Positions 27,795-38,061 are shown, counted from the first letter of the stretch. The stretch: DNA of 64,000 nucleotides from a virus (IMGVR_UViG_3300034061_006011); one strand, 5' to 3'. Numbers and translations: made by a program. Notes: generated by a model from the letters alone, not told the origin.

Positions 27795-30308
27795 TTATTC
27801 TATGCTATAATCTTGGCTCTCCATGTCTTCTTCAGAAGCATAATCTTGAATGCTGAGATCATACTTTTCAATGTCTTCTTCACTTGGTTCTGGCAAAGGT
27901 TCAACAGATGTTGATGGTGCGCTAGGTTGAGGAGTTTCAGCGCCGCCCATGGCTGGAGGTGCGCCTTCTGGTGGTGCTTCAGACGGAACTTCAAGTTGTT
28001 TATTTGGTCCTTCTTCAGTTGCACCAACTTCTTCATCTTCTTGTGAAGGAATACCAACACCGAGAAGTTGTGGATTCTGTTGCAATACTTGCAATCTTGC
28101 ATCTTCAAGTTTCTGCAATTTGCTTCTTGCAAGAATATCTTTGGTTTCTTCTTCTGTGTAATGCATCCAATTACGCAATAAATCAAAGTCAGAAATAAGA
28201 CCAGCTGATTTCAAACTTGTTACATTTTGAATTCTATTGTTGACAATTTCAGCTCTACTAAGTTCTCTCCATTCAGATGGCGGTGTCATCTGAATCTTAA
28301 GATCATCATAAGTTTCAGGTGGAAAACCACGCATATGTAAATGTCTTTGTGCTATTTCAAAAATACCATCTTCCAAAGATGACTGATATCTTTCAACAGT
28401 TCTTGCAAATTTTACATCTTGTGAAGACAAAGTAATCTTTGTCTGTGCTGGATCATCAACATTCAAATAGTTTTTAGGGAAGTTTAAAGCTGTCAAAAGC
28501 TTAAGTCTAAAGTAGATTGCATCATCGATTTCACCAAGGTTCTGGGCACCCGGTAATGTTTCAATTTTTGTATTTGAATTTGGTCTTGTTGGAATCCAGT
28601 AATCTTCTTCAACTGCTGGTGGCTGATACCTTTCTTCAACAGAAGAAGATCCACCAAAGCCATTTTGGTTCAAGCTTACCTTTTTCTTTCTAAACTGATC
28701 TTTCATTCTTTCAATGAATGCTTCAGCTTTAAAACCGGGAAGTTGACCAACATCAATATAAAACACTCTGCGTTCAGGTGCTCTGGCAAGACGGTATGTT
28801 AACATACTGTCTTCCATCAATCTAAGCTGATAAGCTGGACCTCTTGCTGGTTCAATGATTGAACTGCCATAGGGATAGAATTGTCTTCTGTCTTCATTAA
28901 TTCTTATATGGGCAATTTGCTCAGGAGCGAATCTAATTGCCGTAGCCATCTGAATTTCTTGATCTGTAGCTACAGTTACAGGCGCTCTAACCAAGCTTTG
29001 GTAATCTGGTCCTTCTTTTGATTGTTGGAATTCAATTACTTTACCTTTTGTCGTTTCAATTCTGTAAATGCTTTCTGGGGGAAGCCTTTGAATTTTTAAA
29101 ATACCATCACTAGGGGAATCAAGGCTTGTAATTAGTTCGTAAAACAAATCCCCATAAACCATCAAACTCTTAAAGTCTGACCAAATTCTCTTATTAAAAT
29201 TAAGCATTTGTCTTGACATAAGAAGAAATTCAACTTCTTTTCTTACATCATCGTTAGATGCTTCAATCTTTAAAACATTTCCATGTTCATCTTTTTGGCA
29301 GTTATGAACAATTGTTTGGTCTGTAGCAAAATTGTGATGACCGTCTACTGTTAGGTCATACACATCTTGCATCGGTCCTTTAAATTTACCAATTACTTTT
29401 CTATGATCTGTTCTGCTTTTAGCAAGATTTTTTAGTTCCTTGTATGTAAATCCAAATCTCTTAAGTCTTTCTTTCACTGTAACCCAAGTTTCATCAATCA
29501 TGGACAACATTTGATCCATATTGAGACCTTGGTTGATTAGTCTTGCATAAAAATTAATTCTTTCATATTTTTGAATTGATTTACCTGCTCGCCATTCATC
29601 AACAAGTTGTCTTTCTGTTACCCAACCGTTATTGAATGTGAATACTCTTGGGAATTGTCCAGAGATTAAGCTATTATGTTCTGTATCGGGCTTTTCTCTA
29701 TAAAATGGCATTAGGTCATCGCCAACTTTAATATCGCCAGCTTGAATCCATTCTCCCGTCCTTAATAGGACTTTGTGATCTTCTGTGCATTCAAGCTTAC
29801 CACCATTATCAAAAATCAGTTCAACTGTTTCTGCTGTTTTAGTTTTTCTTGGATGATGACCCCATCCAAGTGTGTAATCTTTCTTTTGAAAATCGTAGCA
29901 ATACACTAAAAATTTATCTTCAGAATTATCTTCTGTTAAGCTTTTAATTGTTTTAAAGCCGAATGGAGTTGCAACTTTTGTATTACCTGAGACGCATGCT
30001 TCATCAGAGAAAATAGTTAAACATGTTTCAACTTCTGGTACAGCTCTTAATCTTTCATATTCCTTATATCTTGAAATTCTATTACTTACTGTGGACAGGT
30101 CAATAAAGTCCTGAGTTTCACGAAGTCTAATGAGTCTGTTATCTTGTCCGTTCCAATAAGATCCATCTGGAGAAATACTGGGAATAGAATCGGGGCTGAT
30201 AATACCAGCACCAACGAGTTCTTTAGGTTCTAGCTTACGGCTTAATGGATCTGCCGAAAAAGCATAGGTGAAAGTTTTGAAAATATCAGACCAAAGTGGC
30301 GTAGGCAT
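27795..30308 (-). CDS. gp20: T4 gp20-like portal protein containing an intein
   Basis: RLARAPERRVFYIDVGQLP, EEDYWIP.R, IETLPGAQNLGEIDD..YF, LNFP. Confidence 0.95.
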   Translation of the reverse strand: MPTPLWSDIFKTFTYAFSADPLSRKLEPKELVGAGIISPDSIPSISPDGSYWNGQDNRLIRLRETQDFIDLSTVSNRISRYKEYERLRAVPEVETCLTIFSDEACVSGNTKVATPFGFKTIKSLTEDNSEDKFLVYCYDFQKKDYTLGWGHHPRKTKTAETVELIFDNGGKLECTEDHKVLLRTGEWIQAGDIKVGDDLMPFYREKPDTEHNSLISGQFPRVFTFNNGWVTERQLVDEWRAGKSIQKYERINFYARLINQGLNMDQMLSMIDETWVTVKERLKRFGFTYKELKNLAKSRTDHRKVIGKFKGPMQDVYDLTVDGHHNFATDQTIVHNCQKDEHGNVLKIEASNDDVRKEVEFLLMSRQMLNFNKRIWSDFKSLMVYGDLFYELITSLDSPSDGILKIQRLPPESIYRIETTKGKVIEFQQSKEGPDYQSLVRAPVTVATDQEIQMATAIRFAPEQIAHIRINEDRRQFYPYGSSIIEPARGPAYQLRLMEDSMLTYRLARAPERRVFYIDVGQLPGFKAEAFIERMKDQFRKKKVSLNQNGFGGSSSVEERYQPPAVEEDYWIPTRPNSNTKIETLPGAQNLGEIDDAIYFRLKLLTALNFPKNYLNVDDPAQTKITLSSQDVKFARTVERYQSSLEDGIFEIAQRHLHMRGFPPETYDDLKIQMTPPSEWRELSRAEIVNNRIQNVTSLKSAGLISDFDLLRNWMHYTEEETKDILARSKLQKLEDARLQVLQQNPQLLGVGIPSQEDEEVGATEEGPNKQLEVPSEAPPEGAPPAMGGAETPQPSAPSTSVEPLPEPSEEDIEKYDLSIQDYASEEDMESQDYSIE
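29301..29996 (-). mobile_element. Intein (232 aa) in the portal gene
   Basis: Block A CVSGNT after DEA; block B CTEDHKVL; block F VYDLTVDGHHNF; block G IVHN followed by Cys. Confidence 0.93.
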
Positions 30309-30397
30309 AATGTACTTTTACTTCCTATCAATCTAATCAAGTTATTTAGTTGTTTTTTTAAAAATTTGCCATAACTTAAATCACTATTAACAATTTC

Positions 30398-30961
30398 TTG
30401 AAAATTAAACTAAATAATAACATGGAAAGTTTATTTGTTATAAGCTATCATGGTTCGTCATATGACAAATTAGATAAAACTCTTTCCAGTCATATCAAGC
30501 TGCAAAAAGTTCAAAAAAGATTAGATATCAAGACAGTATATCTCAATTGTCAGGATATTTTGGAACTGCATAAAAACCATAAATACAAGTTCGGTGGAGC
30601 TTGGTTCTATGATATTTGCCTTGAAAACTACGAATTAGCTTCTTTAGATATTTTTAAAAATTATTTATTTGTTTTTTATCTTGATGAAGTGTTTGCTGAA
30701 CAAAACTCTATGTATCTCAATTATAGACTTAGAAGAATTTACGAGATGATGCATCATTGTAAAAACTTTATTATATTTTTTAATAATACAAATAATTTTC
30801 CAAGATTGATGAAAACATTGGAAGAAAGACTTGAATTGGATATACCTTTAGTTGAAGCAAAAGAATATGTTGTAAGAATTGATCAAGGATTTGACAACAG
30901 CAACAATTATTACTTCAACTTAATTAAGAACAAATTTGCAGCTAACATATTAGCCGATTAA
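30398..30961 (+). CDS. Hypothetical protein
   Basis: ORF track. Confidence 0.5.
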   Translation: MKIKLNNNMESLFVISYHGSSYDKLDKTLSSHIKLQKVQKRLDIKTVYLNCQDILELHKNHKYKFGGAWFYDICLENYELASLDIFKNYLFVFYLDEVFAEQNSMYLNYRLRRIYEMMHHCKNFIIFFNNTNNFPRLMKTLEERLELDIPLVEAKEYVVRIDQGFDNSNNYYFNLIKNKFAANILAD

Positions 30962-31255
30962 AAATTGATCCGATTCTTTAGCCTTTTCTTTTATTGGTTT
31001 GTTTAAATTTTTATTTTCCATCTCAATCATTTTATCAATTTCTTTTAAAGCTAATTTGGCACTGTTGAGATCAAGAAAAGATTTTTCTTGTTGTTGAATT
31101 TGGGTTTCTCTTTTAACTCGTTTCTTTTGAGTTTCTTTCATTTCGTTAATTGCTTTACGACAAAAGAATCTTGCATCTTGCAAAGCAAAATCATCAGGGA
31201 TTTCTGTGTAGATTCGTTCTAGCTTGGCTATAGTTCCGCTTATGTCTTTTTTCAT
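30950..31255 (-). CDS. Hypothetical helical protein
   Basis: ORF track; overlaps upstream stop. Confidence 0.55.
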   Translation of the reverse strand: MKKDISGTIAKLERIYTEIPDDFALQDARFFCRKAINEMKETQKKRVKRETQIQQQEKSFLDLNSAKLALKEIDKMIEMENKNLNKPIKEKAKESDQFLIG

Positions 31256-32004
31256 ATTGCCCTTATGTTCAAAACATGAATTGGTTCATTGGTAATAGAA
31301 AATTCATTTCTACCATCACCAACTGTTTGATTACCGATATATCTTATTTTATACTTAGATGGTTTTGTTGAAAGAATTTTAACACCATGCAAAGGAATAC
31401 TCTTCATGAATATCATTCTTCTTTGACAGTCTTTTAAATGAGGGATTTCATCAGCATAAGCTGTCTTTAAAAACTTGCTAATCATTCTCTTATTGAAATA
31501 ATCTGCAAGATTTTCATTTCCACTTATCTTCAATCCACCTCTCACAATCTTTGCTTTACATTCACCATCATCATGAATCATCTTAAACTTATTAATTGGC
31601 ATATAAGTATCTTCTTCATTCTCTGGGAAAGGAATGATTTTATATGATTTGAACACTCTTGTACTCATTCCATATTCATTTAAAAGTTTTGCTAAAATAT
31701 TAGCAAAGTATGATGTCTTCTGAAATGTTTCATTCACATTCTGTAATAAAAAGTTTTTTTTATTTTCATTAAAATTCAAAACATTTTCATCAACATAAGA
31801 TAAATTATTTTTATTTTTATAGTTTATAACATCTTCAACAAGAATTTTATTCTTAACCACATCAATGTTTAGAGATGTTCCAAAGTATTCTTTAAATATT
31901 TCTGGATATTGAACAGAATTGGATATCCATCTGTCATCTTGAGCAGACTCCATCAAAGCCTGATGATATGAGTCCAAAACTATTTTTATTTGATTTTTTA
32001 ACAT
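31252..32004 (-). CDS. Hypothetical protein
   Basis: ORF track. Confidence 0.6.
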   Translation of the reverse strand: MLKNQIKIVLDSYHQALMESAQDDRWISNSVQYPEIFKEYFGTSLNIDVVKNKILVEDVINYKNKNNLSYVDENVLNFNENKKNFLLQNVNETFQKTSYFANILAKLLNEYGMSTRVFKSYKIIPFPENEEDTYMPINKFKMIHDDGECKAKIVRGGLKISGNENLADYFNKRMISKFLKTAYADEIPHLKDCQRRMIFMKSIPLHGVKILSTKPSKYKIRYIGNQTVGDGRNEFSITNEPIHVLNIRAI

Positions 32005-32007
32005 AAT

Positions 32008-33213
32008 CTATTTATTTACCGCATCAAATTGTTTACAAGCATTTAAAAAATCTTCTTCTGCTGTACCTTCAACATTGTCACTTATTCTATTTATATATAT
32101 CTTTTCTGCAATATCGTAAACTTCTTTTGGAAGATCAAGAGATAACATGCTAAGACTTTTAGTCAAAGTGTATCCCTGATTTTTAAATTCTGCCAACCTA
32201 ATCAATTGATCAAAGTTAACGCCTTTGACATATTTATTCCAAGGTTCAGGTATAAATCTATTGACTGTCTCGGTATTGGGATCAGGAAATTCTCTAACTA
32301 TCTTGAATCTTGATGGTCTGTGCTTAAGAGATTCATCTACCTTTTCAATGTCATTTGCTGTCAATATGAAAATAGTTTTATCAAATGAAGTATAAACTCC
32401 ATCAAGAGAATTAAGGATTGTATCAAAAGTGAATTTTGGAGCATTAATTCCAATTGATGAATTTTGCATTACACATGTTCTTTTATTAAAATATGAATCA
32501 AAATCTTCTAGAATGACAAGAGATCTGGCTGGAATTTGAGAAAACATTACCATCAAGTGAATATTGTCATATTCGGGAGAGAATGTTACATAATATGTTG
32601 GTAATTTGTATTTTTCAGAAACATATTTGATAAAGCTTGTCTTTCCATTTCCCGGTTTACCATGAAGGATAAGACCTAATTTCTTATCTTCTTCACTCAT
32701 GCAAAGTTCAATTTGTTCTTCAATATCTTTCCACACTTCTTTAGGTTGAATTGGAACAATTGATTTACTTTTAATCTTACCAATATTATCAACATAGTGT
32801 GGAGTTAACACATAAACGGGCATTTCTGTTCTGTGGTTGATTGTATAGTCACAAAGATCTCTCAAGAATTTTCTTACTTTGCCATATTGCCATCGCATGA
32901 AAGTTATTCTTGTTGTTTGATCTTTACCTTGCCATCCTGCATTAAGAAGTCTTTCGCCATGATTAACTAAGAAAAAAGGTGATTCTTTATATTTGAGAAG
33001 TGCTGAAAATTCTAAAGCTGACCTATTTTCAATTTTTATTTCTTCTGAAAATATTACTTTGAAAGTAGTAACATCAAGAGAACTGTATATGTGTCGGAAT
33101 ATTGCAGGTTCCAGACGCATTTCCATTGTTATTACATATTTGAAAAGTGCCCAGACACTTACAAATGCTGTTCCAAAAGCCAAAACCAATGTAAACAAGT
33201 TTTGTGTAAACAT
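32008..33213 (-). CDS. AAA+ ATPase (BCS1-like) with N-terminal membrane anchor
   Basis: GKPGNGKT Walker A, VILEDFD Walker B, LNSLDG, RPSRF. Confidence 0.85.
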   Translation of the reverse strand: MFTQNLFTLVLAFGTAFVSVWALFKYVITMEMRLEPAIFRHIYSSLDVTTFKVIFSEEIKIENRSALEFSALLKYKESPFFLVNHGERLLNAGWQGKDQTTRITFMRWQYGKVRKFLRDLCDYTINHRTEMPVYVLTPHYVDNIGKIKSKSIVPIQPKEVWKDIEEQIELCMSEEDKKLGLILHGKPGNGKTSFIKYVSEKYKLPTYYVTFSPEYDNIHLMVMFSQIPARSLVILEDFDSYFNKRTCVMQNSSIGINAPKFTFDTILNSLDGVYTSFDKTIFILTANDIEKVDESLKHRPSRFKIVREFPDPNTETVNRFIPEPWNKYVKGVNFDQLIRLAEFKNQGYTLTKSLSMLSLDLPKEVYDIAEKIYINRISDNVEGTAEEDFLNACKQFDAVNK

Positions 33214-33240
33214 ATATTAAATTAGTAACTAATTTAGATT

Positions 33241-33555
33241 ATGAATGAAACCAAACTAAAACAAAAACTTGAATCAAGTCTGCAAAATGATGAGAAATTA
33301 TCAGCTGTAGTTTTAATAACAGTTATATCAATTGCAATTGATATATTCGTTTTCATGTATCAAAACTGCAATACTGCAAAGGGTCTAATTAAAAGATCAG
33401 CAAAGAAACAAGGATTTTTATATCGTAAGTTTTTGAAGACACATGTGTATCCAAAACTTAACGAATCATCTTTGACAGATGAAGAAAAAGAAACATCTAT
33501 TGAAAAAATTAGACAATTGATTTTGAATGATCAATTAGACGAATTTATTCAGTAG
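33241..33555 (+). CDS. Hypothetical protein with one hydrophobic helix
   Basis: ORF track. Confidence 0.5.
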   Translation: MNETKLKQKLESSLQNDEKLSAVVLITVISIAIDIFVFMYQNCNTAKGLIKRSAKKQGFLYRKFLKTHVYPKLNESSLTDEEKETSIEKIRQLILNDQLDEFIQ

Positions 33556-34030
33556 GATCACTTTCGTCTGTTATTTTATAATTAATATCTTTGTCTGCAT
33601 ATTTTGCAGCTAAACTTGTTGCTCTTGCTAGCAAGCCACAAATAAATGTTGGATTGCCACTTGCTTCAAGAGTCATGTTGTTTGGCAAAGAATGATCATA
33701 CATCACAAAAGCAAAACTAATGTTTTCTCTAGTATTTAACTCTTCAATCATTTGTTTAACTGTAACAATTGAAAGATCTGGAATTCCTAAATCGTTTTTT
33801 CCAATAAAATGATTCATGAATTCTTTTAGCTTGTGTCTGTGCAAACAGAATAAAATCTTGTTTTCGTCTGCATGTAATGACAGAAAATTATCTGTACTAT
33901 CAGCAGATTTAGTTATTTTTACAATTAGTTTTTCTTCAGTAACGTAGAAATATAATCTATCAGCATCATATTTGCTGATAACAATTCCATCTACTTTAGA
34001 AAACCATTTAACAAATTCTTGTGTAGTCAT
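33545..34030 (-). CDS. Hypothetical protein
   Basis: ORF track. Confidence 0.55.
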   Translation of the reverse strand: MTTQEFVKWFSKVDGIVISKYDADRLYFYVTEEKLIVKITKSADSTDNFLSLHADENKILFCLHRHKLKEFMNHFIGKNDLGIPDLSIVTVKQMIEELNTRENISFAFVMYDHSLPNNMTLEASGNPTFICGLLARATSLAAKYADKDINYKITDESDPTE

Positions 34031-34668
34031 GTTGGAATTTCAAAACCTAATATAGTACCTTCAAAATCACAAGCCATTGAAGGGTTGCTACTATTATAGT
34101 AAATTACTTTTATTGTTATTACATCTGATGCAGATAATTCAAATGGAGGGATATTAAAGTATAAAAATCCATCTAAGTTTGTAGCAGTTGTTCTTAATGA
34201 ATAAAAAGTTGTAGCATTTACATTTACTGTATATTTTGCTGCTACATCACCACTTACTTTAATTCCAAGGAAAACAAATAATGTAGAAGATGGAACAGTA
34301 TAAGTAGTTACTGTTGTTAAACTATTAGGATTTACCGATGGCGCAGAATCAAATTCATTAACTGGATTATCAAAAGCTCTTATTGAATTTTTAATAACAA
34401 GACCGTACTCATCACCAATTAAATTTGCATTTTTAACCGATGTTATTTCTTCTAAATTTTGCCCAGTTACTACCGTTCTTGCTCTTCTTCTGTATACAGG
34501 CGCACCGGGAGCTAATGGGTATGGATTAGATACTGGAGCAACATCACCGTAATCTACGGCTGTTTCGTCCATTATCGAACCAGATTCACCAATATTAAGC
34601 GATGTGTAGTTATTTGGATCTATAGGCATGAATATATCTATTAAAGTTGTGGTCTTTTTATCAACCAA
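34027..34668 (-). CDS. Probable virion structural beta-sandwich protein
   Basis: Thr-rich beta pattern TYTVPS..; ends in TILG like 11584..12183. Confidence 0.5.
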   Translation of the reverse strand: MVDKKTTTLIDIFMPIDPNNYTSLNIGESGSIMDETAVDYGDVAPVSNPYPLAPGAPVYRRRARTVVTGQNLEEITSVKNANLIGDEYGLVIKNSIRAFDNPVNEFDSAPSVNPNSLTTVTTYTVPSSTLFVFLGIKVSGDVAAKYTVNVNATTFYSLRTTATNLDGFLYFNIPPFELSASDVITIKVIYYNSSNPSMACDFEGTILGFEIPT

Positions 34669-34684
34669 CGACTAAATAGTTTTA

Positions 34685-34909
34685 ATGTTTTCATTTAAAG
34701 AATTTTTAAACCTGCAAGAAATAGCCTCAGATTCATGGCTAACACCACCTCTTGAACCAACAAGTGGTTATATTGGTGTCTATGGTGGTCCGATTGAAGG
34801 CATTCACAGAAAAAATGAGGAGCCAATTGGATCAATGAAAACAAGACTTGACCCAGTTATGGCTCCTTCTAAAAGAATACGTCATAGCAAAAAGATGAAG
34901 AAGATTTAA
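34685..34909 (+). CDS. Micro-protein with CTS-like start and basic tail
   Basis: TAAATA 6 nt upstream; MFSFKEFLNLQE...KRIRHSKKMKKI. Confidence 0.6.
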   Translation: MFSFKEFLNLQEIASDSWLTPPLEPTSGYIGVYGGPIEGIHRKNEEPIGSMKTRLDPVMAPSKRIRHSKKMKKI

Positions 34910-35133
34910 TAGTGTCCGTATCTGTCTTCAAAACCATCATCATCTAATAAATCAGAATCATCACACTCATGTTGTCTGTACCATTCATCTTCTGGATCTT
35001 CTTCTGGTTCGTCATTGTCATGTAGACTGTGCCACTTATCTTCGTCATCTGGTTCTTCATTATCATTTGTGGACGAAAATAATTCATCCACAAATTCTTC
35101 ATCATCATAATCAACATAATCATCGTCATGCAT
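34906..35133 (-). CDS. Highly acidic small protein (DNA-mimic candidate)
   Basis: 35 of 75 residues D/E by hand count; GGAG SD upstream. Confidence 0.6.
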   Translation of the reverse strand: MHDDDYVDYDDEEFVDELFSSTNDNEEPDDEDKWHSLHDNDEPEEDPEDEWYRQHECDDSDLLDDDGFEDRYGHY

Positions 35134-35145
35134 GACTGTCTCCTG

Positions 35146-36681
35146 TTATCGTGAGCATGCGCTAGATCTTGTTTCAGCACACTTAATAACATAGTTTGGA
35201 GAGCAATAATTCTTAACAGGTGCTTCTACTTTCTTTTCAATTTCAGGACAGCCATAAGGACCACCACATCCACAACCACTGATTCTGTACTTCCAACATT
35301 TGCCGTATTCTGGCTGACCCGGAATTAAACAATTATCTTTAAATCCATCACAACGAACCATAATCCTCTTAAGAAGACCATCATCTGCAACTTTCCATGT
35401 GTTGTCAATTAAATCATTCTTCAAAATATACTTAGCAGCTTCCTGACCACATTTAATTGAATCATCCATGTCAGATAACATCATTCCTGAAAATCCCATC
35501 GCATCATCAACAAGATCATCAACAGGAAGTCTAATCTTCAAGTTTTTATATTTTTCATTAGTAATTTCAAGCAAATCATCAACTCTAACTTGATGCTCAT
35601 ATCTCATCATTGTGAAATTGAATTCTTTTTCTTCATTAATTTTCAACTTGTTCTTATTCTCATGCATATTCATCTTTGCAGAACCAACCATCATGTTCTT
35701 GCTAACAAATACATTCTGCGCTATTGTTGCCAATTCTGGATTGATTGTCTTACCAATATCAACAAAAACTTTAGCAAAAGCAGCATAGAACTTTGGTGTT
35801 GATGGCACAAGCTTGATACATTTGAATAAAGAATCTCTCACAAAATCTCTTGCCATCTTCAAAGATGCAACATTCTTGCCTTTAGCAGTATAAATTTCTG
35901 CAAATATTCGGTACAAAGCTCCACTCATAACCCTTGAAAAGTCATGTGGTTCTTTGCTTAACTTGCTTGGATCATTGTTATTATCTGGCAATGTTGCTGG
36001 ATCAACATAAATCAAATCATTGTCAACATTTCTTAAATAACCATTCATACCCAATCCATTGCCAAATTGTTCAGCTAATTTACTTATAATACTGCTTTGG
36101 AACAAATCACCTTTTGTTTCTGATAACATAAAATTTATCATGGTATCATGATGTAATGATGCCAAGAAAGCAAACACATCACCAAAAGCTTCATGAAAAG
36201 CCCAGATTTCCATACTGCCAACAGACCAAAAGTCTGGTCTATTATAATCTAAAACTGCATGACCTAATTCATGTGTGATAATCTCAGCAGACAATGCAGT
36301 AAATATTTTCTTGCCAGCTCCCATAAACCAAAAGAATTTAAGATTGGTTCTGTCGTAATAAGCATTAGGCATCTGCCCAGCACTTGGATAGATCGATAAA
36401 GTTTTTACCTTAGACCAGTTTGCTATTTTATTTGGTGAATAAGAATTGTAAAAATTATTCATGGCGAAATTTAATACGCCATTTACATTTGAAGCCAAAC
36501 CACCAGTAGTGGTAAAGTTTTCATTTGGCGCTGTATAACCAACCACGTTAAATAACTTACTTGGTGTAAATGTTACTGTTTCTACCAAATCTGGTGTTGT
36601 AGGATCATTTAAATAATATTTGATTGTTTGTTTTGCTACTTTAGCTCGAACTTGATTTATTAATTTTTTCTTTCTTGCCAT
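35146..36681 (-). CDS. Thermolysin-like (M4/M36) zinc metallopeptidase
   Basis: NAYY, IITHELGH, AFHEAFGD, EPHDFS; Cys-rich C-terminus. Confidence 0.85.
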   Translation of the reverse strand: MARKKKLINQVRAKVAKQTIKYYLNDPTTPDLVETVTFTPSKLFNVVGYTAPNENFTTTGGLASNVNGVLNFAMNNFYNSYSPNKIANWSKVKTLSIYPSAGQMPNAYYDRTNLKFFWFMGAGKKIFTALSAEIITHELGHAVLDYNRPDFWSVGSMEIWAFHEAFGDVFAFLASLHHDTMINFMLSETKGDLFQSSIISKLAEQFGNGLGMNGYLRNVDNDLIYVDPATLPDNNNDPSKLSKEPHDFSRVMSGALYRIFAEIYTAKGKNVASLKMARDFVRDSLFKCIKLVPSTPKFYAAFAKVFVDIGKTINPELATIAQNVFVSKNMMVGSAKMNMHENKNKLKINEEKEFNFTMMRYEHQVRVDDLLEITNEKYKNLKIRLPVDDLVDDAMGFSGMMLSDMDDSIKCGQEAAKYILKNDLIDNTWKVADDGLLKRIMVRCDGFKDNCLIPGQPEYGKCWKYRISGCGCGGPYGCPEIEKKVEAPVKNYCSPNYVIKCAETRSSACSR

Positions 36682-36724
36682 GATAGCTCCTTGAAAAAAA
36701 TGTTGCTATTACTTAATTATATAT

Positions 36725-37240
36725 GTGAGAAGCATTGAAGAAAAAATTATTGAGTTGAGACTCGCTGAAGCTGTCCAAAAAGACTTCTTCGGTCAATCTA
36801 GTATATTACACACAATTGTTAAATCGCTTGGTTCAGAAATAATACAAGATAATTTTCCAAATAGCACTTTAGACTTCATGAATGACGATTACCTTGAAGA
36901 AAAAGTAAGAGAATTTGATATAAATCATACAAGTACTATAATTGGATATCACTTTGATGGTCTAAGAATGGGATTTTCTCTTGAAATACTTTATAAAGAA
37001 AATTATGGTAGTTTAAAAGTTATTTGGCAAAATAGAACTGTTTATGAAGAATGTGACGGAGAATTAATTTCTTATAACCCATTGAATGAATGGGAAGATA
37101 AAATAAATCAGCTTTATAAAAAAGCTGAAATTAAAATTAAAAATATTGCAGCAAGTCAAGAAGAATTGCTGCAATCTCAAGCTAAAAAAGAAGAAGACAA
37201 AGAAATCAAAAGACTAAGAGAGAAGTGGGGCATCAATTAG
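36725..37240 (+). CDS. Hypothetical protein
   Basis: ORF track. Confidence 0.55.
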   Translation: MRSIEEKIIELRLAEAVQKDFFGQSSILHTIVKSLGSEIIQDNFPNSTLDFMNDDYLEEKVREFDINHTSTIIGYHFDGLRMGFSLEILYKENYGSLKVIWQNRTVYEECDGELISYNPLNEWEDKINQLYKKAEIKIKNIAASQEELLQSQAKKEEDKEIKRLREKWGIN

Positions 37241-38061
37241 GGAGGCGTGATTAAATCACCACTTGCAATAATATGTGGAATCTCACATATTCCAATTAAG
37301 CTTGAGCCAGTATATTGATAGGTAGTCTTGAATGCAGCATCACCTTCAGAAGCACCAGCAGGATATTTTATTTCGGCAGAAATAAGTCCGCTTGTATAAA
37401 CCTTCTTGGTGAACATATACTGATCATTACAACCCTTAAGAAGCTGCCAATCTGCACTTGGGGAAGATGAATTAAATCCAGCAGCATTTATGTAACCAGC
37501 TTCAATTGTATTGCTTGTGTCTAATAAAATAACTCTTTCTGATCCAAGATTAGTAAAATCAAATCTTTTAGCAATATCATATCTTTCAAAATAAGTTGGT
37601 AATTCTTGAATTGGTGCAAATTTATTGAATTGAATAAACCCTTCTGCACTTGAATTTACAACATGCGCCTTGAAATTAGACTTCGGCTTCTTAGACTTAA
37701 TAAGAACTTTATTGCCAGTTACACCAATAATGTTTGTCTTGAAAACAGATGCTGTAAAGAATGTGGAAAATAAATTGTCGGCATTTAATGCAGTTACAAC
37801 TTCAGCAGCAGTAGTTGCAGAAGCAGTACTACCAGATATATCAACAGTAACATTCGCATAATTGACTTGTTCAACATCATAACAAAAAGATATTGTCAAA
37901 TCAGTTTCAGATGAAAAATCATATGGCTCAGTGTTTCCACTAAGAATATAATCTGATCTGTTAGTATTCGCTTTAATTTTGAACGTCTGCTGATATTGTC
38001 TATCAGCAGATAACAAACTACCACGAAATTCAAAATCGTAAACATTCATGAAAAAAGGCAT
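37237..38061 (-). CDS. Probable virion structural protein
   Basis: TA.EVVTALNA helix and Ser/Thr-rich beta content typical of tail/sheath-associated domains. Confidence 0.5.
   Translation of the reverse strand: MPFFMNVYDFEFRGSLLSADRQYQQTFKIKANTNRSDYILSGNTEPYDFSSETDLTISFCYDVEQVNYANVTVDISGSTASATTAAEVVTALNADNLFSTFFTASVFKTNIIGVTGNKVLIKSKKPKSNFKAHVVNSSAEGFIQFNKFAPIQELPTYFERYDIAKRFDFTNLGSERVILLDTSNTIEAGYINAAGFNSSSPSADWQLLKGCNDQYMFTKKVYTSGLISAEIKYPAGASEGDAAFKTTYQYTGSSLIGICEIPHIIASGDLITPP

Noticed and set aside
22603-28198. Alternative-frame and antisense ORFs within the head genes (e.g. 22603, 23122, 24538, 26760, 27800, 27949)
   Set aside because: They overlap well-supported structural genes and reflect codon bias; no RBS or motifs
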